Sequence record: LC768500.1 | Direction: 5' to 3' (one strand) | Length of the DNA: 64,000 nucleotides | In this document: in pieces, positions 1 to 9,896 of the stretch | Numbering within the stretch: the first letter of the stretch is position 1 | Layout of the letters: every line of letters starts with the position of its first letter | The notes under the pieces: generated by a model | The model's database searches: none | What the model saw: the letters and a program-made list of their open reading frames with translations, nothing else | What the model was told of the DNA's origin: nothing | Position numbers and translations under genes: made by a program

Positions 1-7
1 TTCTTCT

Positions 8-853
8 ATGGTCAATCCGTTTGACCCTAACGAAGAATTGTTCTTCGTTACCCATCCTCGTGTAAATACTTACTTGGATCTCGACGTCTGGTTCTGTGAT
101 ATGGGTACCGGGGATATGAGAGTTGTCGAACCCTACGGCAAAGTGTCCGACGTTCGGTTATTTCCCCATATGGAAAAACACGTGTCCGACAATTCGGTTG
201 AGTTTCTTTACCCCACAGTGATCACCCCTCTTAGTCTCCGAGAAACAGTTCTAAAAGTAGAGGATATCCTCGCTGGTGATAAACTTAATCCATTTCCATT
301 ATCTGGAAGCGGGGCTGATCCGATGAGTGGATGGCGCTCAGACCCCCACGGAGTGAAAAGGAATATTCAAAAATTACCAGACGCTCTTGATTTATTAACC
401 GATGAACAGCAAGAAAATTCTTTCCCTCTCGAAAGTCTTAACACCAGTAAAGCTCTTCATCACCCTTCCCCAGAAGAAATATCTGATGGGGCTAATAAGG
501 AGTACGAGGCGAGGAAAGCAGCTTTGAAAGAACTGCTGGAAAGCGGAGGTGAGATTAAACCAATTCCGAAAACGGTTTACTACACTAAAGAGTTTTCTGA
601 TGCTTTAGAGGACGTCCGCGCTGAACAGAGAGAGGCGACCGACCAACAAAGTTCCAAAATCCCCACTGAGTCTAGCGTAACCGTGACTGACCTTGGTGAC
701 GGATTTTCAAGGATAGAAAAAACAATCGGGGGAAGAACCTTGGTAAGTTACGATGAAAAGGCTCACATTCCTTTTCCAAGAAAGCGCAAGCCCAAGAAAC
801 CCAACCATAATCTTAACGCGATCATGGGTTTGTTAGCGAGGGCCAAGAAGTGA
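8..853 (+). CDS. hypothetical phage protein
   Basis: 281 aa ORF whose stop overlaps the next start. Confidence 0.7.
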   Translation: MVNPFDPNEELFFVTHPRVNTYLDLDVWFCDMGTGDMRVVEPYGKVSDVRLFPHMEKHVSDNSVEFLYPTVITPLSLRETVLKVEDILAGDKLNPFPLSGSGADPMSGWRSDPHGVKRNIQKLPDALDLLTDEQQENSFPLESLNTSKALHHPSPEEISDGANKEYEARKAALKELLESGGEIKPIPKTVYYTKEFSDALEDVRAEQREATDQQSSKIPTESSVTVTDLGDGFSRIEKTIGGRTLVSYDEKAHIPFPRKRKPKKPNHNLNAIMGLLARAKK

Positions 854-1224
854 CAGAAATGTATCAGAGTTGGGTCACTGAGTTTAAAAAATCGGTCAGC
901 GAGCTCAAAGAAGTCGAATCGGCCGGCTACGGCAAATATCGTTTAGGCGTGCAGGATCCGCCAGGAAAGCCCTACGTCCTGGTAGAAGTAAAAACCTCCG
1001 ATTGTGCATACACGCCCAACTATTCGTTGGACCTTGTGAAAACGATTAAGATTCCAAAACCTAAAGGGTTGAGGTTATCGGTAGAACGTCGTATTCGGTT
1101 AGTGGGATATCTTTTAGAAATCGGCGTGTTTAATTTACTCACTCAGGCCGAATGGGGGATGATCTTTAATGTCTCTCGTGGATCCATTTGGCATTATAAG
1201 AAACAGAACGAGGAATTACTATGA
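850..1224 (+). CDS. hypothetical protein with C-terminal HTH-like segment; paralog of 1538..1903
   Basis: LTQAEWGMIFNVSRGSI resembles VSMTRWGNILGMSSATT. Confidence 0.65.
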   Translation: MTEMYQSWVTEFKKSVSELKEVESAGYGKYRLGVQDPPGKPYVLVEVKTSDCAYTPNYSLDLVKTIKIPKPKGLRLSVERRIRLVGYLLEIGVFNLLTQAEWGMIFNVSRGSIWHYKKQNEELL

Positions 1225-1535
1225 AGATTTATGCTGTAGTTAGTAAGGAAACTGATAATGTGATCGCTCAGTTTCTCGATCACGGGACGGAGAAAGTCAA
1301 GTTCAACGGGATCAAATTGGGGATCTTGGATCAACAGGTTCATCCAGATGAAAGAGAACTGCTGAAAGTCGTAGAGGTTTATCTTTCATCTTCAAAGGGA
1401 AAGATGGATCAGACGAAACAACTCGATTCCGACACGTTTATTGTTGAGAGCCTCAGTTATTATGAGGAGGTTGATTTTGTCTATCTATCTCGTAACCCTG
1501 AGCGTGACATCGCTCTGTGCACACCAAAGGAATAA
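1221..1535 (+). CDS. hypothetical protein
   Basis: 104 aa ORF coupled to its neighbours. Confidence 0.65.
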   Translation: MKIYAVVSKETDNVIAQFLDHGTEKVKFNGIKLGILDQQVHPDERELLKVVEVYLSSSKGKMDQTKQLDSDTFIVESLSYYEEVDFVYLSRNPERDIALCTPKE

Positions 1536-1537
1536 CG

Positions 1538-1903
1538 ATGCCCGAGATTGTAACCGCTTTTAGTGCTTGGGAATCGAAGTTCGTTTCCAGTTTAAATGAA
1601 ATGGAAAATTTTCTGAAGACTCCGCCCGAACACACCAAAATCGAATCGACGATCAAAGGGACCAAACACGGTGTTTGGATTACGTTACTTTATTTCAAAG
1701 ACCGGGACGTTGTTCTAGGTAGAAGTTTCTCTATCACCAAGTGTCCCATCTACGTTGCGAATAACGTTGTGAGAACCAAACTGATTCGTCATATCGCGGA
1801 CCGTGGATTAGAGTCAATTGTTTCGATGACTCGGTGGGGCAATATCTTAGGAATGAGTTCCGCTACCACCATCCGTTCTTTTAAAGAAGTTAAAACTCAA
1901 TAA
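1538..1903 (+). CDS. hypothetical protein, paralog of 850..1224
   Basis: ATG at 1538 after AAGGA; shared C-terminal motif. Confidence 0.65.
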   Translation: MPEIVTAFSAWESKFVSSLNEMENFLKTPPEHTKIESTIKGTKHGVWITLLYFKDRDVVLGRSFSITKCPIYVANNVVRTKLIRHIADRGLESIVSMTRWGNILGMSSATTIRSFKEVKTQ

Positions 1904-1934
1904 CCTTTCAATACCTTTATTTAGGAAAAATATC

Positions 1935-2462
1935 ATGGGCAAACATTTTGCAGAAGATTTTAAATTAATGCTAGATCTTCACCAGCGCGTACCAGTTGAA
2001 GTGCTCAGGACCTCAGACCAGGTTAAAGCCGCAGTTAAGGTTATCGTAGACACTGTGTCTAAAATCAACGAAGCTCACCCTAGCAAACTCTTACAATCAG
2101 GGTTTGTTATCACGGGATCTCATATTGCAAAAAATACTGATTTTGTTATTGAGCAAACCGAGCTTAAGTTAGTATTATCAGAAATAGTGAGTTCTTCTTG
2201 TTACCGTGTAAAGATTGATCTGGTGAACACGAAAAATGACCGTCCTTCCGCGGCGGACCACCACATCCTATCCGAAGCTATTTTACTAGCTTCAGATATT
2301 TATGCGGTCTCCCCCTCTGGGGTTAGAGTGAATGATAAACATACCCCCAACCTATGTTTAGCAAATCATTTACAAGAAAGTTTTAAAATGTATTCTTGCG
2401 AAGCTTTCGTTAATATCAACCCCTACGCGATAGACATCCTCTTCCCTATCGTTTCATTATAA
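1935..2462 (+). CDS. hypothetical protein
   Basis: TTTAGGAAAAATATCATG leader, 175 aa. Confidence 0.7.
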   Translation: MGKHFAEDFKLMLDLHQRVPVEVLRTSDQVKAAVKVIVDTVSKINEAHPSKLLQSGFVITGSHIAKNTDFVIEQTELKLVLSEIVSSSCYRVKIDLVNTKNDRPSAADHHILSEAILLASDIYAVSPSGVRVNDKHTPNLCLANHLQESFKMYSCEAFVNINPYAIDILFPIVSL

Positions 2463-2493
2463 TCAAAAATCTCCGTACCCTACCTAAATAAGG

Positions 2494-2847
2494 ATGAATA
2501 AAATGAGCACATTTCTGTTAGTTGTATCTGGCTGGTTCGCTCTGTCTGTTATCTGTGTCGCTGGCTACTCCTTCGTAAGAGAGGGGTGGAAAAAAGAAGA
2601 TCTCTCTTGGTCGGAGTTTATTAAACAAAGCACGATCTCCGCTAACGTCATTAAAGATAAAGCGGCTCATAAACCTCACGATGTGACGTTGGCTGATTTC
2701 TTAAGCTCCGAAGAAGTTAAACCTTGGTTAAAAGGTTTTGACTACGACGTTGAAGAGAAAACCGGTTCTTACGTTATTACGTTGAGAACCCCGTCTCACG
2801 CAAGAGATTTCCTGCTACCACGACAGCTCTTTCCTAATGCCGCATAA
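2494..2847 (+). CDS. membrane-anchored hypothetical protein
   Basis: N-terminal hydrophobic helix. Confidence 0.65.
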   Translation: MNKMSTFLLVVSGWFALSVICVAGYSFVREGWKKEDLSWSEFIKQSTISANVIKDKAAHKPHDVTLADFLSSEEVKPWLKGFDYDVEEKTGSYVITLRTPSHARDFLLPRQLFPNAA

Positions 2848-2850
2848 AAC

Positions 2851-2884
2851 AGTATAGTCCATCCCCTAGGGGATGGACTATACT
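2851..2884. terminator. perfect 34 bp palindrome, probable terminator
   Basis: AGTATAGTCCATCCCCT/AGGGGATGGACTATACT; T11 run at 2895-2905. Confidence 0.7.
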
Positions 2885-2914
2885 CAACATTTCATTTTTT
2901 TTTTTCACTAACGA

Positions 2915-2925
2915 ATTTTATGCTT
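2915..2925 (+). promoter_or_regulatory. putative phiKZ-type late promoter (TATG)
   Basis: TTTTATGCT recurs upstream of tailspikes 1, 2 and 5 (TATG at 2919, 5228, 12220). Confidence 0.5.
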
Positions 2926-2997
2926 TGAAGACCGAGTATGTGGGACGCCGCATAAACGTAATCATACATGTATGCTTATTGGTGAAAAGAGGACATT

Positions 2998-5136
2998 ATG
3001 ACCACACCTACCCAATTACCGATTCCCAGCAATAACTTGCTGGATTCGAGATTTAACTTTGAAAAGCTCGATCAGATTGTTAATAGCGACGCGAACTATT
3101 ACCTTGATCGATTTGGTAAACAACGACTCACCTCGGCCGGATTGGAAGATTTAGCCAGACGATTATCTGAAGATTATGAATCCACCCTATCTAATCAGGA
3201 TGGGTATAAGAAAATGGGGATGGTGTCTGATTTTACTACTCTCAGAACTATCGCCCCAACAATGGAAGGTCAGCGCATTCTACTCAGGTCGGTCGACGCT
3301 GGTTCGAATAATGGATCGGGAGAGTTTATAGGACATTTAGGGAACGGTGGGGTTGACGACGGGGTTAATGTCGCGGTGGGATCCAACTTCTATTGGGAGA
3401 GACTTTCGACTGATTTTGTTAAATCTTCTTCTATAGGTGATTACGCCCGGATTAACTCCTTTATTTCAGCCGGAAATAAGAAGATCACTGTCGATGCCGA
3501 TCTCAGCGGGTGGCTTAACGTCAAAAGTAACACCACGATAACTTTTAACCCATTGTGTCGGCTGATACCTGATACCGATGACAAAGTAGGTATAAGTATT
3601 AGAGGAGCCGCCCCAACCTCCTATGTTAATCTAGCTACTGATGCATTAGGGATAGATGGCTCAATTACCACCACTAATGACGTTTTTAACATTGGCGATT
3701 GGTTGGAAATTAGATCCAACAAAATTCTTCCCGGCGCGAATTTTTATCAGGTTAAGCAATCTGTTTTACGCAAAGTGCTTCGTAAAACACAAAATGGAAA
3801 TGGAACTTGGACATACCGTCTCCACAGTAGTTTAGGTTATAACTTTAACGTCAGCGACGGTGCTTCCGCTGGGGTTGCGACAGTATTGGAAAATATTGTT
3901 ATCGATGGGGCTAACTTAAATAAAGACAATTTCACCAATATCTTCACCATAGGGATAAACTGTTATTACGTTTATAACCTCACTATAAAAAATATCAACC
4001 TATTCGGAACAAAAGTAAAGGATTCTGCCTCAGACACTCCAGGAAGATCCGGAATAAAACTGTATAATTGCGTTAACGTTAGAATCGATAATGTGAACGC
4101 CTCTTATATAGGGTGGTATGGTGTAGAGGTTATGGGATGCAGTGAAAACGTAGATGTAAATCGTTTATACGGCGTGGATTGTCGACATACCGTTTCCATG
4201 AACTGGATCGAATCTGGTGACCTTTATGGCGGACCTATGTGGGTTTCGGTAAGGAACTCAGCAAGTCACGCTGCAAGATTAAGTGGGTTTGACACTCATG
4301 ATCTAGGAAAGGGGATCGCATTTATTAATTGTCAGAGCTTCGATTCCGGCGACGATGGATTCCAAGTAAGGGCGATGGACACCGTTCTAATCGATTGTCA
4401 TGCTGAAGGATCGACACTTGATGGGTTCGGCGGAGCTACTGGCGCAAAGAACAGCAAATTAGTAAACTGTTCTTTCAACTACAACGTCAGATACGGAATT
4501 AACTTAGGTTATGAAGGTGGTATTGTTATCGACTGTGACGTCGATAATAACGGTTACATGGGGATTTGTACCATCGGCGGACTTATCCAAGGAGGCTCGG
4601 TCACCAATAATTATCCGGCTGCTATCGATATAGGTGCCGGATTTAATGCCGCCCAAACCGATCTCAAAATCGATGGTGTTAGAATGCCCTCTTCGACCGC
4701 CCAGACAAAAATTTTGAGTTTTGCTGGTGACGCGGTAGCCGCTAACAACAAACCTGAGCTGGTCAGAATGGAAAATTGTTACGTTCCTGGTTACGGAAGA
4801 GATTGGGCCCGACTGGTATCGTTCACCGTCCAACCTTTACCTCCGGTGCTTAATAATAATCTACTTACTTCCAGCTTAACCTCCCCTGGAAAAATAAGCG
4901 GGCAAGTCCAATTATCTGCAGGGACGGCCACGGTAACAACCACAGAGGTTTTCTCACAACTTGGTAGCGGCGCAAATGTTTTAAAATACTCATCGCAGAT
5001 TAAGTTGAAACCTATCGCTCGTTCTGCCAATATAGGCGCTCATTATGTTTCAGCAATCAACAACGGGACGTCCTTTGTAATCAATTCAACCAATTCCTCG
5101 GATGGCTCGACCATTTATTGGGAAATAACACTTTAA
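2998..5136 (+). CDS. tailspike/depolymerase 1 (beta-helix)
   Basis: Anchor motif PTQxxIPS..FNxEKxD..VNSD..DRFG; parallel beta-helix-like repeats. Confidence 0.85.
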   Translation: MTTPTQLPIPSNNLLDSRFNFEKLDQIVNSDANYYLDRFGKQRLTSAGLEDLARRLSEDYESTLSNQDGYKKMGMVSDFTTLRTIAPTMEGQRILLRSVDAGSNNGSGEFIGHLGNGGVDDGVNVAVGSNFYWERLSTDFVKSSSIGDYARINSFISAGNKKITVDADLSGWLNVKSNTTITFNPLCRLIPDTDDKVGISIRGAAPTSYVNLATDALGIDGSITTTNDVFNIGDWLEIRSNKILPGANFYQVKQSVLRKVLRKTQNGNGTWTYRLHSSLGYNFNVSDGASAGVATVLENIVIDGANLNKDNFTNIFTIGINCYYVYNLTIKNINLFGTKVKDSASDTPGRSGIKLYNCVNVRIDNVNASYIGWYGVEVMGCSENVDVNRLYGVDCRHTVSMNWIESGDLYGGPMWVSVRNSASHAARLSGFDTHDLGKGIAFINCQSFDSGDDGFQVRAMDTVLIDCHAEGSTLDGFGGATGAKNSKLVNCSFNYNVRYGINLGYEGGIVIDCDVDNNGYMGICTIGGLIQGGSVTNNYPAAIDIGAGFNAAQTDLKIDGVRMPSSTAQTKILSFAGDAVAANNKPELVRMENCYVPGYGRDWARLVSFTVQPLPPVLNNNLLTSSLTSPGKISGQVQLSAGTATVTTTEVFSQLGSGANVLKYSSQIKLKPIARSANIGAHYVSAINNGTSFVINSTNSSDGSTIYWEITL

Positions 5137-5193
5137 CCTTTGCTGGATGGTGATTGGTCGACGCCGGTCTAAAACTAATTTGTTAGGATCATT

Positions 5194-5229
5194 TAAAATC
5201 CAACCGGTCTTAAGACCGGTTGGATTTTA
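5194..5229. repeat. perfect 36 bp loopless palindrome overlapping TATG
   Basis: TAAAATCCAACCGGTCTTAAGACCGGTTGGATTTTA equals its own reverse complement. Confidence 0.85.
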
Positions 5230-5270
5230 TGCTTACCGATATTTCAACCTTCCTGACCCGAGGAATAGCA

Positions 5271-7502
5271 ATGACTTTACCAACGCAAAAACCTATTCCG
5301 AGTTCATCCATAACTGATCAATTATTTAATGCCGAAAAGATAGATCAGGTTGTTAACTCGGATGAACTAGAATATTCCGATCGTTTCGGAAAGAAACGAT
5401 TCACCTTTTCAGGATTATACAACGTTGTGCAGAATTGGATCAGCAGTTTGGGTTCCAGTTCAGGGGCGTCAGCCGTAGGTCTTAGCCAGGGCGGGACGGT
5501 TCAGGCCGGCCTCTATAACGTTGTTAATGTCGAACAATTTGCTTATCTCAATATTTCAGATGATGATTGGGGTCCGGCTTTTAGAGGGGCCAGGGATAAA
5601 GCAATTGAGATATCGGCTCCGGCGGTTACTTTTAAAGGTCACTACAAAATAAAAGTAAGCTCCGGCCCGACCACTCACACCCTGCCTTTCGACGACGGAA
5701 CTTACGATACAAGAAGAACTGGCGAAGTTCTACTTTCTCCAGAAACCTTGAACACAATGCCTGTGGGATTGGAATGGCCTTCCGGACTCTCCCTGAAATC
5801 AGAAGGGATCGGAAACAACTCAATTACTTTTGATTGGGATAATACCACTGTTGGGTTGTCTCAGGGGATTGGGATCTGTATCAGGGTCAGAAACTGGGAC
5901 GGAACTTATCTTGCTAAGGCCGGCTCAGTTAATCGCATGAATAGCGATATAGCCAATGTGGAGTTTGATGGGTTTAGCGTAAATAACGCCTTTATCGGAA
6001 TACTGGCTGATGGTATCGTGGGATCGGTCAGTTGGGGCAGCCTCCAGTTTAAGAAATGTTTCTTACCTATGACTTGGCAGGGCGCCGACAGATGCACGAT
6101 TAAGAAACTGAGATTTACAGATTGTCCGACTGGATTCTCGGTAGGTGGATGGTGGTTGACCCGTAACGACATCTCAGGATCCAATACCGGGCTGGGGGTT
6201 CCGCCTTATGTTGCTGGAACCGACGTGTACTGCATCGGCTGGATGGACTTCGTTAAAATTGAATCTCTGGAGTATTCTAATAGTACTTCGTTTGACAATT
6301 CCCCGTTGTTTGCCGCGGTAGATACTTTCTTCGACACCTATTTCTACAAAAGCGCGAACAGCGCTAGAACTGCTAGTGGTGGTCGATGCACTAATACAGG
6401 TCCTAACCTAACTAGCGCGAGTACGTTAGCGGCAGATTCTCCGTTCTTAGGTATCGCCGGGCGTGCTCACTCACAAATGGGGCGTTACCACCGAAATCAC
6501 ATCTTGAATGAAATTATTTCTCTCAAGACCTGGGGATGTTTCAGGGCATCGGTCCTTACCACGGCTAATGGAAACTCGGAGCTCAATGTCCCGGGGTGCA
6601 TAGTGGGTACCGCGTACATCGAACAGGCCTGTAAGGTCACGGTTGGCGGTGACGCCACGGTGGGGGGAAGTAATGACTTCGTTACATCAGGTAAAGATGT
6701 TTGGAAAGGGACAAAAACTTATTCTAAGTATTATGCTGGTGAAGGATCCGTAATCGTTAAAGATGGATGGTCTGTTAATAGTTTGGGTTTGTTCCCGTCG
6801 GCGCGGACTGTTGCAAGAAACGATAACGGGTATAATAACAGACTAAGAAGGACAATTGTCGACGATGGTACAGGGAAACCGGTCATACTCGAACAGCTTT
6901 CTGAAACGGTCTATGCGACCCCTCCTCAGAAATTTATTCCCAACGCCGTCGGTTCAGTGGACGATAAGTATTACTGGGTTCAGTTTGAGAAGAACGTTTC
7001 TTCAAAGGCCGCTCTTTATTCTGGTGTTCCGACAACGGCTGCGCAAACACCTATAACAGCTCCGGCGATTAAAGTAATAATGGAACGCCTAGGTAACCGA
7101 GTTAAATTAAAAATTAATTTGGATGCGTCAAATTATGCAGCTGGCGGCAGTAATCCGGTGGTAATCGGATTTACTGGGATTTATAAGCCCATTATTGCTA
7201 CGAGTTCCGATTATGCCCTCGGCGCATACGGCCCGGTGAGACCCATAATGGTCAGCACCAAAACATTTACGGTTACTGATTCTACTTCAGTGAGCCGGAC
7301 GTTTAGGATCGAGCCGGTAGCGCATCAAGCTGGGGTGTTCACTGATGGCGCCGGGGTTAATAACTACTACTTTGTTTTGCTCACCCAGCATCATACTTCT
7401 GACACTAATAGACTGTTGTGGTCGGATTTCACCGGTTCGTTATGTCAGATAGAAATAGAATATGATACGAATGACACTATCACTTCATCCAGCGTATTTT
7501 AA
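5271..7502 (+). CDS. tailspike/depolymerase 2
   Basis: Start moved to ATG 5271 (GAGGA SD; MTLPTQKPIPSS anchor); 743 aa. Confidence 0.85.
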   Translation: MTLPTQKPIPSSSITDQLFNAEKIDQVVNSDELEYSDRFGKKRFTFSGLYNVVQNWISSLGSSSGASAVGLSQGGTVQAGLYNVVNVEQFAYLNISDDDWGPAFRGARDKAIEISAPAVTFKGHYKIKVSSGPTTHTLPFDDGTYDTRRTGEVLLSPETLNTMPVGLEWPSGLSLKSEGIGNNSITFDWDNTTVGLSQGIGICIRVRNWDGTYLAKAGSVNRMNSDIANVEFDGFSVNNAFIGILADGIVGSVSWGSLQFKKCFLPMTWQGADRCTIKKLRFTDCPTGFSVGGWWLTRNDISGSNTGLGVPPYVAGTDVYCIGWMDFVKIESLEYSNSTSFDNSPLFAAVDTFFDTYFYKSANSARTASGGRCTNTGPNLTSASTLAADSPFLGIAGRAHSQMGRYHRNHILNEIISLKTWGCFRASVLTTANGNSELNVPGCIVGTAYIEQACKVTVGGDATVGGSNDFVTSGKDVWKGTKTYSKYYAGEGSVIVKDGWSVNSLGLFPSARTVARNDNGYNNRLRRTIVDDGTGKPVILEQLSETVYATPPQKFIPNAVGSVDDKYYWVQFEKNVSSKAALYSGVPTTAAQTPITAPAIKVIMERLGNRVKLKINLDASNYAAGGSNPVVIGFTGIYKPIIATSSDYALGAYGPVRPIMVSTKTFTVTDSTSVSRTFRIEPVAHQAGVFTDGAGVNNYYFVLLTQHHTSDTNRLLWSDFTGSLCQIEIEYDTNDTITSSSVF

Positions 7503-7517
7503 CATTTAAGGTGTGAT

Positions 7518-9704
7518 ATGACACTCCCAACACAAAACGCCGTTCCTAGTTCAGCTAAGAACGACCAGCTCTTTAATGCTGAGAAGATAGACCAGGTCGT
7601 TAATAGCGACGACCTCCAATATACTGACCGTTTCGGTAAGAAGCGATTTACTTTTACCGGGCTTTACAATATCATCCAGAATTGGATGGGTGGCATTAGT
7701 GGGCTCACCGGAGCAAACAACGTAGGGACGTTATCTGGTCTGTCCGTTCAGTCCGAATTGATTGGAGTACAGTCGGTAGAAGCTTTGCGATCACTTGAAC
7801 CGACTTATACGGATCAGAGAGTAAAGGTTTTGAGATCATCCCCCACCGGGGTTATTTTGAATCACGACGTTTACTATGATTCATCCGATAAAACTTCATC
7901 GGATAACGGATACTCGGTCTTTGTTACTCCCAATGGGAATAGGTGGAAGACCGATATTACCAACGGGTATAACCCATTATTTTTAATAGGGCAGGAAGGG
8001 TACACTGACATATCGTCTGCGATTAACAAAATCGCCTATGATCTGGCGGTACGGTGGGGTAATAATAAAGGCGTAATAGACTTCTGCACCACTATAAGGA
8101 TTCCGGGTAAGTTATTTGGTCAAACACGATATAACGTGACCGGACCTATCCATATCCCGTCGTTCGTTTCCCTAAGCATGGACGTTGACACATACTTTGA
8201 TTACTATACCGTGACTAACACAGACGGGATTATTATCGATAATAGTTATTTCCCGATGCTGTTAGACTCGGCGTACGATCCGTCTACTGCAGCCAGACCA
8301 AGATCAGTCCTATTATGGGAAGCGTCCAGAGAAGTCTTTATTGGCGGGAGACTCATCTTAACCCACCCTATAGGGTCGTCAAGAACATCTAATACCGGAA
8401 TAACGATAGGGAATACCGCTAGCGGATTCATAGATGTCAGAGGGTGTAATTTAAACAATTTTGAATGTTTTGGATTTTATTTCGGGATAAAAATAAATCC
8501 AATTGATGTTTATATCAACTCATTCTCCCGATTCCATTTAGGCCGCAACTATAACGCTGTTGCGGTTTTAGGAGATACAAAGACTAACGCCGGGGAAAAA
8601 TTTAATTTCAGTAACGCCACGATCTCCGATTCAGATTCCGACTTAATTTACATTGAGAATAACGGATTTGAATTGTTCTTTTCTGACGTGTCCTTAGACT
8701 ATCCAACAGGTGATCTAGTAAAAATCACCAAACTCGGTAATGCTTACGTCTCTTTCAATCAGTGCCATATTGAAGGCGTCCAGGGCATGTTAGTGAATGT
8801 AACAGGTTCTACTCTTTTTCCAAAATACGGAAAGAGAATCGTATTTTCGAATTGCATGATTGATATTTCTTCAGGGCAAAGTACCTGGAACAGAACTTGG
8901 TTCTTCTCCTCAACCATCAATACTTTCGTAATGGTGGATAAAACAACCAGGTTCTGGCCATCGACCGCTACGCTCAATTCGAGTAAAACCGCGTATCATT
9001 CTCTTATTAATAACGGTTCTCCAGCAAATAACGCCATTACTTTAGATTACCAATTATCAGACGAAGACCTTATTGACGCATCTACCTTTGTCCTGGGTCA
9101 GTTTAAGCCGGTAGGTGTCAACAAGAGGGTTATAAGTACCAATTCTTATTCCGGTACCGTCGGGAACGCCTACACTGGAGGGAGTTCTTCCACTGATTCT
9201 TGGGGTTGGTATATAGTCAACGGATCGTGGACTTATGCTTCAGCCGATGCATCCGATGGCGATGGTTTGCAGGCGATTTCTTTAACCTCGGACGATGCGA
9301 CTAAAAGCTTTTTCGTAATGTGTTCGCTACCGTGGAACACATTACCTCAAGAGAAATTTAGAGCGCTGGGCGCCATTAAGGTGTATAGCGGGTATACCGG
9401 CTCGGTAAACGTTTCTTGTCTAGTCGAGGCTCATAGTTTGCTGACAATGAACAGTACAGCAGTGGCCGATAATGTGATAGCGACTACTTACAGTCCGGCG
9501 GTAGATGTAGCGGCATTGGCCGCTGCGAATTCCAGGGTCGGTATGTTCCAAGGTTTCTGCACGCAAGCGGCCCAGGTTAACTCATATAGTAATTCTACTC
9601 ACCCGTTACAATTTGTTAGAGTAGGGTTTAAAATAACTGGATTCACTGGAACGATTGAATTGAAGTTACCGACGGTAACCAGTCATAGACTGCTGACAGC
9701 TTAA
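7518..9704 (+). CDS. tailspike/depolymerase 3
   Basis: Same anchor; beta-helix-like core. Confidence 0.85.
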   Translation: MTLPTQNAVPSSAKNDQLFNAEKIDQVVNSDDLQYTDRFGKKRFTFTGLYNIIQNWMGGISGLTGANNVGTLSGLSVQSELIGVQSVEALRSLEPTYTDQRVKVLRSSPTGVILNHDVYYDSSDKTSSDNGYSVFVTPNGNRWKTDITNGYNPLFLIGQEGYTDISSAINKIAYDLAVRWGNNKGVIDFCTTIRIPGKLFGQTRYNVTGPIHIPSFVSLSMDVDTYFDYYTVTNTDGIIIDNSYFPMLLDSAYDPSTAARPRSVLLWEASREVFIGGRLILTHPIGSSRTSNTGITIGNTASGFIDVRGCNLNNFECFGFYFGIKINPIDVYINSFSRFHLGRNYNAVAVLGDTKTNAGEKFNFSNATISDSDSDLIYIENNGFELFFSDVSLDYPTGDLVKITKLGNAYVSFNQCHIEGVQGMLVNVTGSTLFPKYGKRIVFSNCMIDISSGQSTWNRTWFFSSTINTFVMVDKTTRFWPSTATLNSSKTAYHSLINNGSPANNAITLDYQLSDEDLIDASTFVLGQFKPVGVNKRVISTNSYSGTVGNAYTGGSSSTDSWGWYIVNGSWTYASADASDGDGLQAISLTSDDATKSFFVMCSLPWNTLPQEKFRALGAIKVYSGYTGSVNVSCLVEAHSLLTMNSTAVADNVIATTYSPAVDVAALAAANSRVGMFQGFCTQAAQVNSYSNSTHPLQFVRVGFKITGFTGTIELKLPTVTSHRLLTA

Positions 9705-9765
9705 TCGGCCGCTGGTAGATCGTTTCTTATTCTGGTTAGCCGGCGTCTTCTTCCGTTTACTAGGT

Positions 9766-9789
9766 TATCGGGCTTTTAAAGGCCCGATA
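9766..9789 (+). terminator. hairpin after tailspike 3
   Basis: TATCGGGC/GCCCGATA stem. Confidence 0.55.
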
Positions 9790-9855
9790 GTTATAATTGA
9801 TGGACGGGTGTAGCGACCGAATCTCTTTAGTCATTTTGGTATTTCAATCATTAAT

Positions 9856-9886
9856 CTAACACCCCGTGTTCAACACGGGGTGTTAG
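9856..9886. promoter_or_regulatory. 15 bp-arm palindrome overlapping the SD of tailspike 4
   Basis: CTAACACCCCGTGTT-C-AACACGGGGTGTTAG runs into AGGAG. Confidence 0.5.
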
Positions 9887-9896
9887 GAGTCTTTCA

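Noticed and set aside
2839-2956. 10 nt direct repeat GCCGCATAAA flanking the terminator/promoter block
   Set aside because: Too short to distinguish from chance, and no mobile element lies between the copies.
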